DNA from: Methanotrichaceae archaeon
Lineage (GTDB): Archaea; Halobacteriota; Methanosarcinia; Methanotrichales; Methanotrichaceae
Length of the DNA: 17,492 nt
NCBI GenBank assembly: GCA_963754945.1
Contig: CAVWIG010000003.1
Coordinates: forward strand, 1-17,492
Reading direction: 5' to 3'
The notes under the pieces were generated by a model. That model did not search any database. It was not told the origin of the DNA and saw only the letters and a list, made by a program, of their open reading frames with translations. The number at the start of each line of letters is the position of its first letter. The stretch's first letter is position 1. A program made the position numbers and the translations under genes. Below are positions 1-7,823 of this stretch, piece by piece.

Positions 1-840
1 CGGCTGAGTCATCTTCAGCCAGTTGAAATATCTGGCGATATCCTCTTCTCTGTATCCTCCGCCCAGTTCAATGATCGCAATACATTGACCTCTCCCATCC
101 AAACTGCTATTGAAATCATATAGGCTGGCCATCTGATTTGGCGTGTAGGTTAATCTTGGCAGGTTCTTCAAACGAAGGAAATAAGGATAGGCAAGAGGTC
201 TATTATCCAGCCCGAAAACACCCAGGACGCTATCGGCAAGTTTTCCGGGCAATGTCAGCAGGCCGCTATACCCAAGGTAGGTTCCTCTCGGACTAGCATA
301 ATTCATCAACTTAACACCAAAAGCTTTACTTAAAGCGTCAAGACTTCCTGAAAGCGTGACACTGTAGCTATCTGGATCAATCCGAACTACCTTCAGACCA
401 TTGTCTTGCGCGAAATTTTTTATTGTGGAATTGCCGTTGTCAGACCATGAACGTAGGATGACAGTAATCTCTATTTGCTCATTGGGATCTGTTAATCCAA
501 TTGGGAAAGTATTCTCAGGAATGCTCTTTTCGTTTCCCGGAAGAGGCTTCAAATTCGACAAAGGAGTTCTTCCTCCGGTGGAGAAAATAACCTTTTGTAG
601 GCTTTCATTATCCATAGAATAGGATATTCCTCTTGGTTCGCCAGCATTCTGTAAATGAGAATTCACTCCATCCCATCTGAAATTAAGGCCGGATTCACCA
701 AACGGTTGCCAGTATCCCGAGTTATTTCCAGCACCCAATGAAATGGGGGAAATGCATATCGTAATGAGAGTGATGCCAAGAAGTACAGCTATATCTGCAG
801 TCAATCTTCGGCAAATCTCGGTTTGAATTAGTGAGAGCAA
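1..840 (-). CDS. S53 family (sedolisin/kumamolisin-like) serine protease with signal peptide and pro-domain; 3' end lies outside the window
   Basis: Manual translation of the minus strand (not in the ORF track) is open from 858 down to 1. It has a hydrophobic signal-like stretch (RRLTADIAVLLGITLITICISPISLGA), a pro-kumamolisin-like region (SVTLSGSLDALSKAFGVKL...VLGVFGLDNRPLAYPYF) and the start of the mature domain (YTPNQMASLYDF..LDGRGQCIAIIELGGGY). The start is uncertain: TTG at 840 or at 804. Confidence 0.9.
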   Translation of the reverse strand, partial: MLSLIQTEICRRLTADIAVLLGITLITICISPISLGAGNNSGYWQPFGESGLNFRWDGVNSHLQNAGEPRGISYSMDNESLQKVIFSTGGRTPLSNLKPLPGNEKSIPENTFPIGLTDPNEQIEITVILRSWSDNGNSTIKNFAQDNGLKVVRIDPDSYSVTLSGSLDALSKAFGVKLMNYASPRGTYLGYSGLLTLPGKLADSVLGVFGLDNRPLAYPYFLRLKNLPRLTYTPNQMASLYDFNSSLDGRGQCIAIIELGGGYREEDIARYFNWLKMTQP

Positions 841-939
841 TGAAACCCTTCCATCCTGCTATTTAAGTAGTAATATCATTTTAAGCATTCATCTATTCTT
901 CATTTCCTGATCTATATCAATCAATCTCGCCTATTCTTT

Positions 940-2258
940 CGTTCAGATTTACTCCCCAACAACTTCGGGAACAGAATGAGCTTTTAAAGCGTGAGAATGA
1001 GTTGCTTAAGGCAAAAATACGAGAACTTGAGGCTCGACTAGTTCAATATGAGAATGCACATACTCCACCAAGTCTAAGACGAGGGCGGAATCAAAGAATA
1101 AGTCAGGATAAGAACCTCAAGGGAAATCCCGGTCAAAAGAGTGGGCACAAAGGTTTAGCGAGACCTTATGCGACTCCAGATAAGCAAGTGGAAGTTACAA
1201 TGGATCTGTGCCCAGATTGCGGAGCAGAACTTGGCCTTCCTTTTCGAATTGATTCGAAGATTATTGAAGAAATTCCGGAACCTCAACCTATCACCGTCAC
1301 TGAATACAAAATCGCGCATTACAGATGTCCCTGCTGCCAAAAAGAAGTTGTTGCAGGCAATTCTGACTGCCCACACGAAGGTAAATTTGGTAAAAACATA
1401 ATCTCACTGGCGACACTATTCAGATACGAAGATCGACTGCCTCACAGAAAAATCCGAGACGCTCTGAAGAGACTGTATGGGCTGAAAATAAGTCCTGCTA
1501 CGATACTTGATTTAACCCGGCGCGCTGCTGATGCCGTTAGATCTGAATACGATGCGATTTTAAACAAAATTCGAGATGCTCCGATTCTCTACGTAGACGA
1601 AACGTCAATCCACGTCCAGGGAGAAAAACACTGGATCTGGACATTTACCACACAATCTGAGACATTTTTCGTGATTCGAAAGAGCCGAGGCATGAAGGTT
1701 CTGACGGAAGTTCTGACACGGAGATTCAAGGGAATAATCGTATGCGATGGGTGGAAACCTTATGCTAAATTCACAAATCGCTTGCAACGATGTTGGGCCC
1801 ATCTACTTCGAGAATCGAAAGACCTTGCCGAGAAGTTCGAGGAAGCGATTCCGTTGCATGAAGCGCTAAAAACGCTTTATGAATCATTGACTAAAGCTCT
1901 GGAAAGTGATCCTCCACCAGAAATCCGAGCGGATTTATGGCATTCGGCACGAGAAGCGCTAAAGCAATGGATCATGAAAGAGTATCCTCTAGAAATAATC
2001 CAAAAATTCATCGGTAAAATTAGCAACGGATTCAATTACTGGTTCACGTTTATCATTAATCCGGGCGTAGAGCCGACCAATAATAGAGCAGAGAGAGCGT
2101 TGCGACCCCATGTCGTTTTGAGAAAGATCTTGGGCACGCTGCGCAATGAAAAAGGGACATCGATTCACGAGCGAATCATGACGGTGCTGGCAACCTGGGG
2201 ACAGAAAGATCTGGATTGTCTCCAAATGCTAACGGCAAAGCTAACCAGCTAAACACAT
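940..2258 (+). mobile_element. IS66-family insertion sequence, single-ORF (ISBst12-like) type; ends degenerate, boundaries approximate
   Basis: Contains an IS66 transposase without TnpA/TnpB accessory genes. The ORF stops inside GCTAAACACAT (2248-2258), which resembles an IS66 right end lacking the terminal AC. Only a weak GTTCAG match is seen on the left (941-946). No target duplication was found. Confidence 0.65.
1002..2252 (+). CDS. IS66 family DDE transposase (TnpC-like)
   Basis: N-terminal coiled coil followed by HTPPS, Zn-finger CPDC...CPCC, YVDETS, CDGWKPY, LQRCWAHLLRE and PTNNRAERALRPHVVLRKI. The coiled coil continues in frame upstream of the TTG (QQLREQNELLKRENE), so the true start may have been lost. 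Confidence 0.93.
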   Translation: MLKAKIRELEARLVQYENAHTPPSLRRGRNQRISQDKNLKGNPGQKSGHKGLARPYATPDKQVEVTMDLCPDCGAELGLPFRIDSKIIEEIPEPQPITVTEYKIAHYRCPCCQKEVVAGNSDCPHEGKFGKNIISLATLFRYEDRLPHRKIRDALKRLYGLKISPATILDLTRRAADAVRSEYDAILNKIRDAPILYVDETSIHVQGEKHWIWTFTTQSETFFVIRKSRGMKVLTEVLTRRFKGIIVCDGWKPYAKFTNRLQRCWAHLLRESKDLAEKFEEAIPLHEALKTLYESLTKALESDPPPEIRADLWHSAREALKQWIMKEYPLEIIQKFIGKISNGFNYWFTFIINPGVEPTNNRAERALRPHVVLRKILGTLRNEKGTSIHERIMTVLATWGQKDLDCLQMLTAKLTS

Positions 2259-2604
2259 CGAATTCAAAAATACTTAACCTAATTGATTGCGTTCTAAACA
2301 ACTGAGGGATAGGTGTTGGATGGTCAGGGGGAGGAGCTGGCCCTGATGACCAGAATAGTGGCCCAAGGCCAAGAGCATGAATGGATATGCCAGAGAGAGA
2401 CCGCTGAATCCTTGAAGTGATCTTTGATTGGGCATATTGGTATTAAGCTATTTCAAGCTCAAAAATGCACCGATACTGCCTTTAATTAAATTTATTGCCT
2501 GTTCTTCGAGGTGGCCGTTCCCTATGTATCCTCTGGCCAAGAAGCTGGGGTATGTAGCCTGGTTCTAGCTTCTGTAGGAGGGCAAAATTCGCTGCTTCTC
2601 AGTC

Positions 2605-4059
2605 TTAACGACTATTATCGATTAGGAATCCCAATTCTTTTATTATCAGATGCTCAGCATTTCTAAGCGCAGCGGTAAACGTGCCGAGAACACATAATAC
2701 TGCAGCTATAACCAACACATTGCTTATTGTCGCCGACAGCAAATCTGGGCTGGCGTTCAGAACCGATCCATTGTAGCCTTCCATCCTGAGCTGAACTGAG
2801 AGCAAGGTGCTGGATACTGAGACACCCATTGCCATTCCAAGGTATCTAACTGCCGAAGAGAAGCTGGAAGCAGTTCCCAGCAAATTTCGCGGCAGTGCAT
2901 TCATAATCTCTGTGTTCATCGGGCTTTGGACAAGGGCGCTTCCGAGTCCCATCAGCACAAAGGACCCGAGGATTTCAGGCAGATCCGCTCTTCGAGTGCC
3001 GTAGCCGGCGAGAGTTAGAGATGCGGCCACGATAAGCATCCCAATGGCGGAGTTGTATTTATAGTGGTATTTGTCGTAGATCCAGCCGCCAAGAGGTGAT
3101 CCGAAGGTCATTATGGCAGGAACGATCAAAAAGACAGTGCCTACCATGGAGGGAGTGTAACCCATAACTCCCTGGAAGTAGAAGGGACAAAGGATGAAGA
3201 GGGCGAAGCTTGAGATTATCAGCAGATTTACGCTTATGATGGGCAGGATGAACTTCTTCTCTCTAAACACTGATAGATCCAGTAGAGGCGTCTGGTGTCT
3301 GGACTCATTAACGATAAAGGCCAGAAGAGATGCCAGGCATACTAGGGCGATGGCAATCGTTGAAAAAACGAGGCCGTTGGTCAGCTCGCTAAGGAACACC
3401 ATGAGCGAGGCCACAAATACAATCATGAATACAGCCCCGATCCAATCTATCCGAATATATTCCGATCTGGTTTCTTCTACCCTCATGTGCTTGGCAGCAA
3501 GGGCCAAGAGAATGATGCCAATGGGTAGGTTTATGAGGAAAATGTACTGCCAGCCGAAGAAGTCAACCAGATAGCCACCCAACATTGGTCCGGCTATACT
3601 GCCTATGGACACAGTCGTTCCTATGTAGCCCATGGCCCTTCCCTGCTCGCCCGGAGGATATATCTCGAAGATAACAGCGGCGCTGATGGAGAAGGCCATG
3701 GCCGCCCCCACAGCCTGGACTGCCCTGAACAACACGAGCATTGCCAGGCTTGTAGATAGACCGCAGGCCAGGGAACTTAAAGTGAATATCACGAAGCCTG
3801 CAAGAAAGAGCCTAATCCTTCCGGTGTACTCAGAGACCTTGCCGAAGATCATGAGCAGGCTAGTGGTTGTCAGCAAGTAGGAGGTGATCACCCATTGCGA
3901 CTGGGCCATGTCAGAATTGAAGTAGCGTGTAATGCTGGGGAGAGCAATGTTAACCACTGACCCGTCCAGGACGAACATCAGGATTCCGGTCAGTATTAGA
4001 AGCATTATGATACGGCGGTCCTGGACCGGTGGCGGTGTGGGGCGTTTACTGGAAATCAT
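2605..4059 (-). CDS. MFS drug-resistance transporter, DHA2 (EmrB/QacA) 14-TM family
   Basis: 484 aa hydrophobic protein with LDGSVVNIALPSI, QWVITSYLL, GKVSEYTGR (motif A variant), FRAVQAVGAA, GPMLGGYL, WQYIFLINLPIG and PLLDLSVF. Confidence 0.95.
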   Translation of the reverse strand: MISSKRPTPPPVQDRRIIMLLILTGILMFVLDGSVVNIALPSITRYFNSDMAQSQWVITSYLLTTTSLLMIFGKVSEYTGRIRLFLAGFVIFTLSSLACGLSTSLAMLVLFRAVQAVGAAMAFSISAAVIFEIYPPGEQGRAMGYIGTTVSIGSIAGPMLGGYLVDFFGWQYIFLINLPIGIILLALAAKHMRVEETRSEYIRIDWIGAVFMIVFVASLMVFLSELTNGLVFSTIAIALVCLASLLAFIVNESRHQTPLLDLSVFREKKFILPIISVNLLIISSFALFILCPFYFQGVMGYTPSMVGTVFLIVPAIMTFGSPLGGWIYDKYHYKYNSAIGMLIVAASLTLAGYGTRRADLPEILGSFVLMGLGSALVQSPMNTEIMNALPRNLLGTASSFSSAVRYLGMAMGVSVSSTLLSVQLRMEGYNGSVLNASPDLLSATISNVLVIAAVLCVLGTFTAALRNAEHLIIKELGFLIDNSR

Positions 4060-4099
4060 GATAGACGATCCTTTTCGTTGACATCCTTCAGATTGGCAG

Positions 4100-4106
4100 T
4101 TATAAA
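4100..4106 (-). promoter_or_regulatory. Putative archaeal TATA box for the MFS gene
   Basis: TTTATAA on the minus strand, about 40 bp upstream of the ATG at 4059. Confidence 0.45.
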
Positions 4107-4114
4107 CGGTGCGG

Positions 4115-4242
4115 TCACCTGAAGTTAGGGGCGGGAAATACCTAATTACCTACTTTTAATAAAGAGTTCTGGGAGAGCCTGTAAAACCACCCGTTAGCCC
4201 TTGCGCCCGAAGTGTGCCAAGTGCCTGCAGGAACTCTGCCTG
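4115..4242 (+). pseudogene. Degraded C-terminal fragment of an endonuclease III (Nth/HhH-GPD)-like glycosylase
   Basis: 4183-4242 reads K-T-T-R-*-P-L-R-P-K-C-A-K-C-L-Q-E-L-C-L. This fits the C-X6-C-X2-C-X5-C FeS motif after TGT>CGT, CAG>TAG and a one-codon loss. Upstream, SPEV..KYLITYF and, in a shifted frame, NKEFWESL fit the preceding Nth helix. Confidence 0.55.
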
Positions 4243-4500
4243 TTCTCGTCGGTGTCGGTGATCCTTCGCCACATACCTTGGCGCGTTTGAGCGACTCTCG
4301 GACGATGGATTAGCACTTCTTAAGCGGCAACTTTTTGCGTAGTGCGTCTGATCTTTCGGATCACTCGCGTCTTTGGACTCCTCGTCGGCACACCAAAAAA
4401 ACCATGGCTGGACGATATCGGTGCAGCGATCCCTGGGCATCCTGAGCGTCGGTTTCCATTGCAGCCCTCCAAAACACTTTCGTCCCCCGCACCAATGGGA

Positions 4501-4510
4501 TTTATTTAAA
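4501..4510 (+). promoter_or_regulatory. Putative TATA box for the radical SAM operon (consistent with a leaderless start at 4531)
   Basis: TTTATTTAAA centred about 25 bp upstream of ATG 4531. Confidence 0.5.
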
Positions 4511-4530
4511 GCCACATCGCTATTAACGAA

Positions 4531-5730
4531 ATGGTCACCCTCGATAAGATGGCTCATCTGGCCTCAGGAAGCTGCTTTGATTCCTTGGGACGAGGCACTA
4601 CCAATCTTCCAGATCTCACTTATATGAACAAAGAGAAGCTCAGCGCCCTTGGAGCCGGCACCAGGTACGATATCTGCACCTCATCCGGCTGTTCTGATGT
4701 GATGGGCGTCTGCCACTCCTTCACCCACGACGGCCGCTGCATCAGCCTCTTCAAGACCCTTTACACCAATCGCTGCAGCCACCAGTGCAACTATTGTACC
4801 AATGCCTCCAATTGCAGCCAGAAGGCCAAAATCTTCTCTTACACCCCCGATGAGCTTGCCAGGCTGACCGTCTCCCTTTACAGGTCGAACTACATTGAGG
4901 GGCTGTTCCTAAGCTCAGGAGCAGGGAGAGACGAAGATGTCATCATGGAAAAGCTGATCGAGACTGCAAGGCTTCTACGCAACAAGTTCCATTTCAAAGG
5001 CTACATACACCTCAAGATTCTTCCAGGAGCGTCTTTTTCCCACATCCAAGAGGCCATGGAGCTATCGACAAGAGTGAGCGTCAACCTGGAAGCGCCTTCT
5101 GCGTCTCATATGAGCGATCTTTCCGCCACAAAAGACTACAACAACGACATCCTCCAGAGGCAGAGATACGTGAAGGATCTCATTGAAAGTGTTGGACTTC
5201 CGGCGGGCCAGACAACTCAGCTCGTTGTTGGTGCAGGCGATGAAAGCGATCGCGAGATCTTCAAGCGGATTCTTTACGAATACCGAGAGTTGGAGATAAA
5301 GCGAGCGTACTACAGCGCCTTTAGCCCACAGAAAGGCACTGCTTTTGCATCCAAAGAGCCTCAACCATTGTGGAGAGAGCACAGGCTTTACCAGATGGAT
5401 TGGCTCTATCGGGTCTACCACTTTCATCCAGAGGAAATAGAACGAGCTTTTGATGAAGCCGGCAACTTGCCTAATAGTGACCCAAAGACTGCTATCGCCA
5501 GAGAGCTCATCGATTGGCCGGTGGACCCCAATGCCGCGGACTACAGGGATCTGGTCCGGGTTCCCGGGATCGGACCAATAAGCGCCCACCGGATAATAGC
5601 TTTTAGGATAAGGCAGAGGATAACCAGAAAAGATGAGCTGGCAAGCCTAGGTGTCATTGTAAAGAGAGCAGCTCCTTTCTTGAAGATCAATGGCTGGATG
5701 GATACAACTCTGGATCGGTGGTCCGCTTGA
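4531..5730 (+). CDS. Putative DNA modification/repair radical SAM protein (TIGR03916-type) with C-terminal helix-hairpin-helix
   Basis: GVCHSFTHDGRCISLFKTLYTNRCSHQCNYC (CxxxCxxC), NYIEGLFLSSG, GYIHLKILPGA, PAGQTTQLVVGA, REHRLYQMDWLYRVY and HhH motif LVRVPGIGPISAHRI. Alternative start is ATG 4624. Confidence 0.95.
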   Translation: MVTLDKMAHLASGSCFDSLGRGTTNLPDLTYMNKEKLSALGAGTRYDICTSSGCSDVMGVCHSFTHDGRCISLFKTLYTNRCSHQCNYCTNASNCSQKAKIFSYTPDELARLTVSLYRSNYIEGLFLSSGAGRDEDVIMEKLIETARLLRNKFHFKGYIHLKILPGASFSHIQEAMELSTRVSVNLEAPSASHMSDLSATKDYNNDILQRQRYVKDLIESVGLPAGQTTQLVVGAGDESDREIFKRILYEYRELEIKRAYYSAFSPQKGTAFASKEPQPLWREHRLYQMDWLYRVYHFHPEEIERAFDEAGNLPNSDPKTAIARELIDWPVDPNAADYRDLVRVPGIGPISAHRIIAFRIRQRITRKDELASLGVIVKRAAPFLKINGWMDTTLDRWSA

Positions 5731-6326
5731 GGATCCCTGAGAATTTCCTGTATTATCTTTCCATGCACGAGAGCTGCTCAGAGCCACAACTGTGCAGAGC
5801 CGAAAAGCTAACCGCGGAGGATGTGGAACTTTCCCTGGAACCGAAAGACGTTGGTATCAGGAAGATGATTCATAGCGTTTTAGCTGAGATCTATCGGATG
5901 AGGGCATTTGTTAGGCTGAAGCCCCTTGACAACCGGGTTCTGTACGGCTACCTGAAACCGAAGCACAAAACAGGTGACGATATTTGCAGATTCTTCGCCC
6001 GAAGGTCGCCTTTCACGATAATCGTTCTCGGAAACAGCCTGGAAAGCTGGATATCCCTTTGTGCTGGAGGTCGCGTGTTGCAAGGCAATAGCGGCAGCCT
6101 TGACCAAACACTAGAAGAAATAAACGGTGTACTGGGCAAAATAGAGAAAGACAGAGATCTGGAAGAAGTGTGGAAGGTCTACTACTCCAGCCAATACAGC
6201 CCTGAGCGCAGGAACATAAAGGCGTTTCACAGGCGCATGCCGCGAAATTCTCTGGACAGGGCAGGCCTTGAGCTGGAGCAGAACGTGAATGGCTCGACGC
6301 TAAGTGATTTCTTTGATTCCAGTTGA
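5718..6326 (+). CDS. DUF4130 (TIGR03915-type) putative DNA metabolism protein
   Basis: VLAEIYRMRAFVRL, P.H.....FFARR and WKVYYSSQYSPERRNIKAFHRRMPR. It overlaps the end of the radical SAM gene, which is the usual partner of this family. Confidence 0.88.
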   Translation: MVRLRIPENFLYYLSMHESCSEPQLCRAEKLTAEDVELSLEPKDVGIRKMIHSVLAEIYRMRAFVRLKPLDNRVLYGYLKPKHKTGDDICRFFARRSPFTIIVLGNSLESWISLCAGGRVLQGNSGSLDQTLEEINGVLGKIEKDRDLEEVWKVYYSSQYSPERRNIKAFHRRMPRNSLDRAGLELEQNVNGSTLSDFFDSS

Positions 6327-6372
6327 CTACCACCATTTGGGTTCCGTTTTGGATCTTGAAATAGCGGAAGGG

Positions 6373-6485
6373 TCAACGTTTGTGACCAGTGGCTATGTAC
6401 AGGAGAACAATTGCGCCGATGAAGTCGCTGATAACAGCTCCGAGCTGGACTAGACTAATACAGGACCAGCAATGGAACAGCAACG
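6373..6485 (-). pseudogene. Possible remnant of a small GlsB/YeaQ/YmgE-like membrane protein gene
   Basis: The minus strand reads ...LVQLGAVISDFIGAIVLLYIATGHKR*, resembling the IGAxxLLxI C-terminal helix of that family. The match is short and no start is evident. Confidence 0.25.
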
Positions 6486-6561
6486 GTAAAGTCACGTCTT
6501 CTTACCGCATATTCTCCTTGATTATTGAATCAATGTTATAAAATTGGCTGACGAAGGTTTG

Positions 6562-6574
6562 GAAAGATTTATAT
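6562..6574 (+). promoter_or_regulatory. Putative BRE/TATA promoter of the fasciclin gene
   Basis: GAAAGA-TTTATAT about 55 bp upstream of ATG 6627. A GAGG RBS-like motif precedes the ATG. Confidence 0.5.
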
Positions 6575-6626
6575 CTCCAGAATCAGAACCAGTCAATGTA
6601 ATTGAAATTTTGAGTGAGGGTTAAGC

Positions 6627-7586
6627 ATGGGTTCAAATAAAGGAGTTTTGCTTGCGGCGCTGTTAGTCGCAGTTCTGTCGATAAGCTGTTATGCCGGTGC
6701 AGTAAACACAAAAGTCTATGGCATATCGGATGCGGCGAAGGATATCGGCTCTCTAGCCAATTTCTCGGCCGGTCTGAAGCAGACTGGTCTATCGGATACT
6801 CTGAACAACAAGGGAATACTGGTCTTTGGTAACCTCTCTTTCATGGTGTTCGCTCCCAATGATGGTGCATTTGCCAACGTCACCGGAGTTGACCTGAAGG
6901 CAAATGAGACGGCCCTGAAAAATGTCTTAAGCTACCACATTGTCGGTGGCGGCAGCAGCTTTGGAAACTTGGCCAACGGCTCATCACTACAAACACTTAT
7001 TGGAGAGAACCTGACTGTAAGCACTAAAGACGGCATCAGCGTAAATGGCGCTAAGGTGCTCAAGACCAAGAAGTACGATAACGGTACGGTCTATGAGATA
7101 GATCGAGTTCTAATGCCCAAGGGTATCGCAGGCGCCGGACTGGGCGTGGTTGAGGCGGCCAAAGGACTGGGACTAAACACGTTTGTTCAGGCAATCCAAA
7201 GCACAAACTTATCGGACAGACTTAACGGCCAAGGAGTGCTGGGCATAGGAGCCCTTTCAGAAGGACCGTTCACTATATTCGCTCCTAGCGATGACGCTTT
7301 CGCCAAAGTTCCGGCTGCTACCCTTAGCGCTATAACCGGTAACAAAGACGATCTGGGAACGCTGCTTAACTATCATATTGTCAATAGTGATAGTGCTGTC
7401 AACAGGACCCGGTTCAACTCAGTCAAGACTTTGGAGGGCTCCTCTCAGGCGGTTGACTTTAAAGCTGGGATAGTCGGCGGGGCAAAGATAATTGGAGCTA
7501 AAAGGTACGCTAATGGAATTATCTACGAGATAGACCAGGTTCTAATGCCTATGAAGCTCTCAATTAAGCTCTCGACGCAGAAATAG
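6627..7586 (+). CDS. Exported protein with two fasciclin (FAS1) domains
   Basis: Signal peptide, then two repeats: FMVFAPNDGAF...VLSYHIV...NGTVYEIDRVLMP and FTIFAPSDDAF...LLNYHIV...NGIIYEIDQVLMP. Confidence 0.93.
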   Translation: MGSNKGVLLAALLVAVLSISCYAGAVNTKVYGISDAAKDIGSLANFSAGLKQTGLSDTLNNKGILVFGNLSFMVFAPNDGAFANVTGVDLKANETALKNVLSYHIVGGGSSFGNLANGSSLQTLIGENLTVSTKDGISVNGAKVLKTKKYDNGTVYEIDRVLMPKGIAGAGLGVVEAAKGLGLNTFVQAIQSTNLSDRLNGQGVLGIGALSEGPFTIFAPSDDAFAKVPAATLSAITGNKDDLGTLLNYHIVNSDSAVNRTRFNSVKTLEGSSQAVDFKAGIVGGAKIIGAKRYANGIIYEIDQVLMPMKLSIKLSTQK

Positions 7587-7603
7587 AGCAACTTCGAAGC
7601 GAT

Positions 7604-7680
7604 CTTCCAGGACCGGGATGGTCTCTCGACTCTGGAAGTCTTCTTACTTTGCTAATCTTTTTCATTGTGTTTTCTTTAAT
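7604..7680 (+). terminator. Putative terminator: imperfect hairpin followed by T-rich tracts
   Basis: CTTCCAG (7604-7610) pairs with CTGGAAG (7632-7638), with an inner GACC/GGTC pairing, followed by several oligo-T runs. Confidence 0.35.
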
Positions 7681-7823
7681 TCTCGGGCGCTTTCAGTCCG
7701 GTTTTTGAGTAGAAAGTGAATTTTGATTAACTATTCTAGAAAAGTTTATTAGTCAATCCCGATATATTAACTAAGCACGATTAGAGTTCGAAAATTATAA
7801 ATTGCTATTTTTTGAGGTGGGTC

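Noticed and set aside
401-622. 73-aa + strand ORF and the other short nested ORFs in the track
   Set aside because: They lie antisense to or out of frame within confidently assigned genes.
2290-2600. Short ORF-like stretches (LDGQGEELALMTRIV..., MYPLAKKLGYVAWF) between IS66 and the MFS gene
   Set aside because: Too short and unrecognisable; possibly gene debris but unsupported.
4345-4368. Small hairpin TGATC-TTTCG-GATCA as part of a structured ncRNA
   Set aside because: Only a 5-bp core stem, with no larger consistent fold or known RNA motif.
4156-4557. 133-aa minus-strand ORF, and GAGAGCCTGTAAAA as a possible IS end with a transposase-like tail (EQAEFLQALG)
   Set aside because: No recognisable domain and no partner repeat. 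The ORF overlaps the radical SAM start and promoter, and the + strand Nth-like motif explains the same bases better.
7584-7655. TAG stop followed by a hairpin as a possible pyrrolysine read-through signal
   Set aside because: The second FAS1 domain is already complete and read-through adds only a short featureless peptide. A terminator is the simpler explanation.
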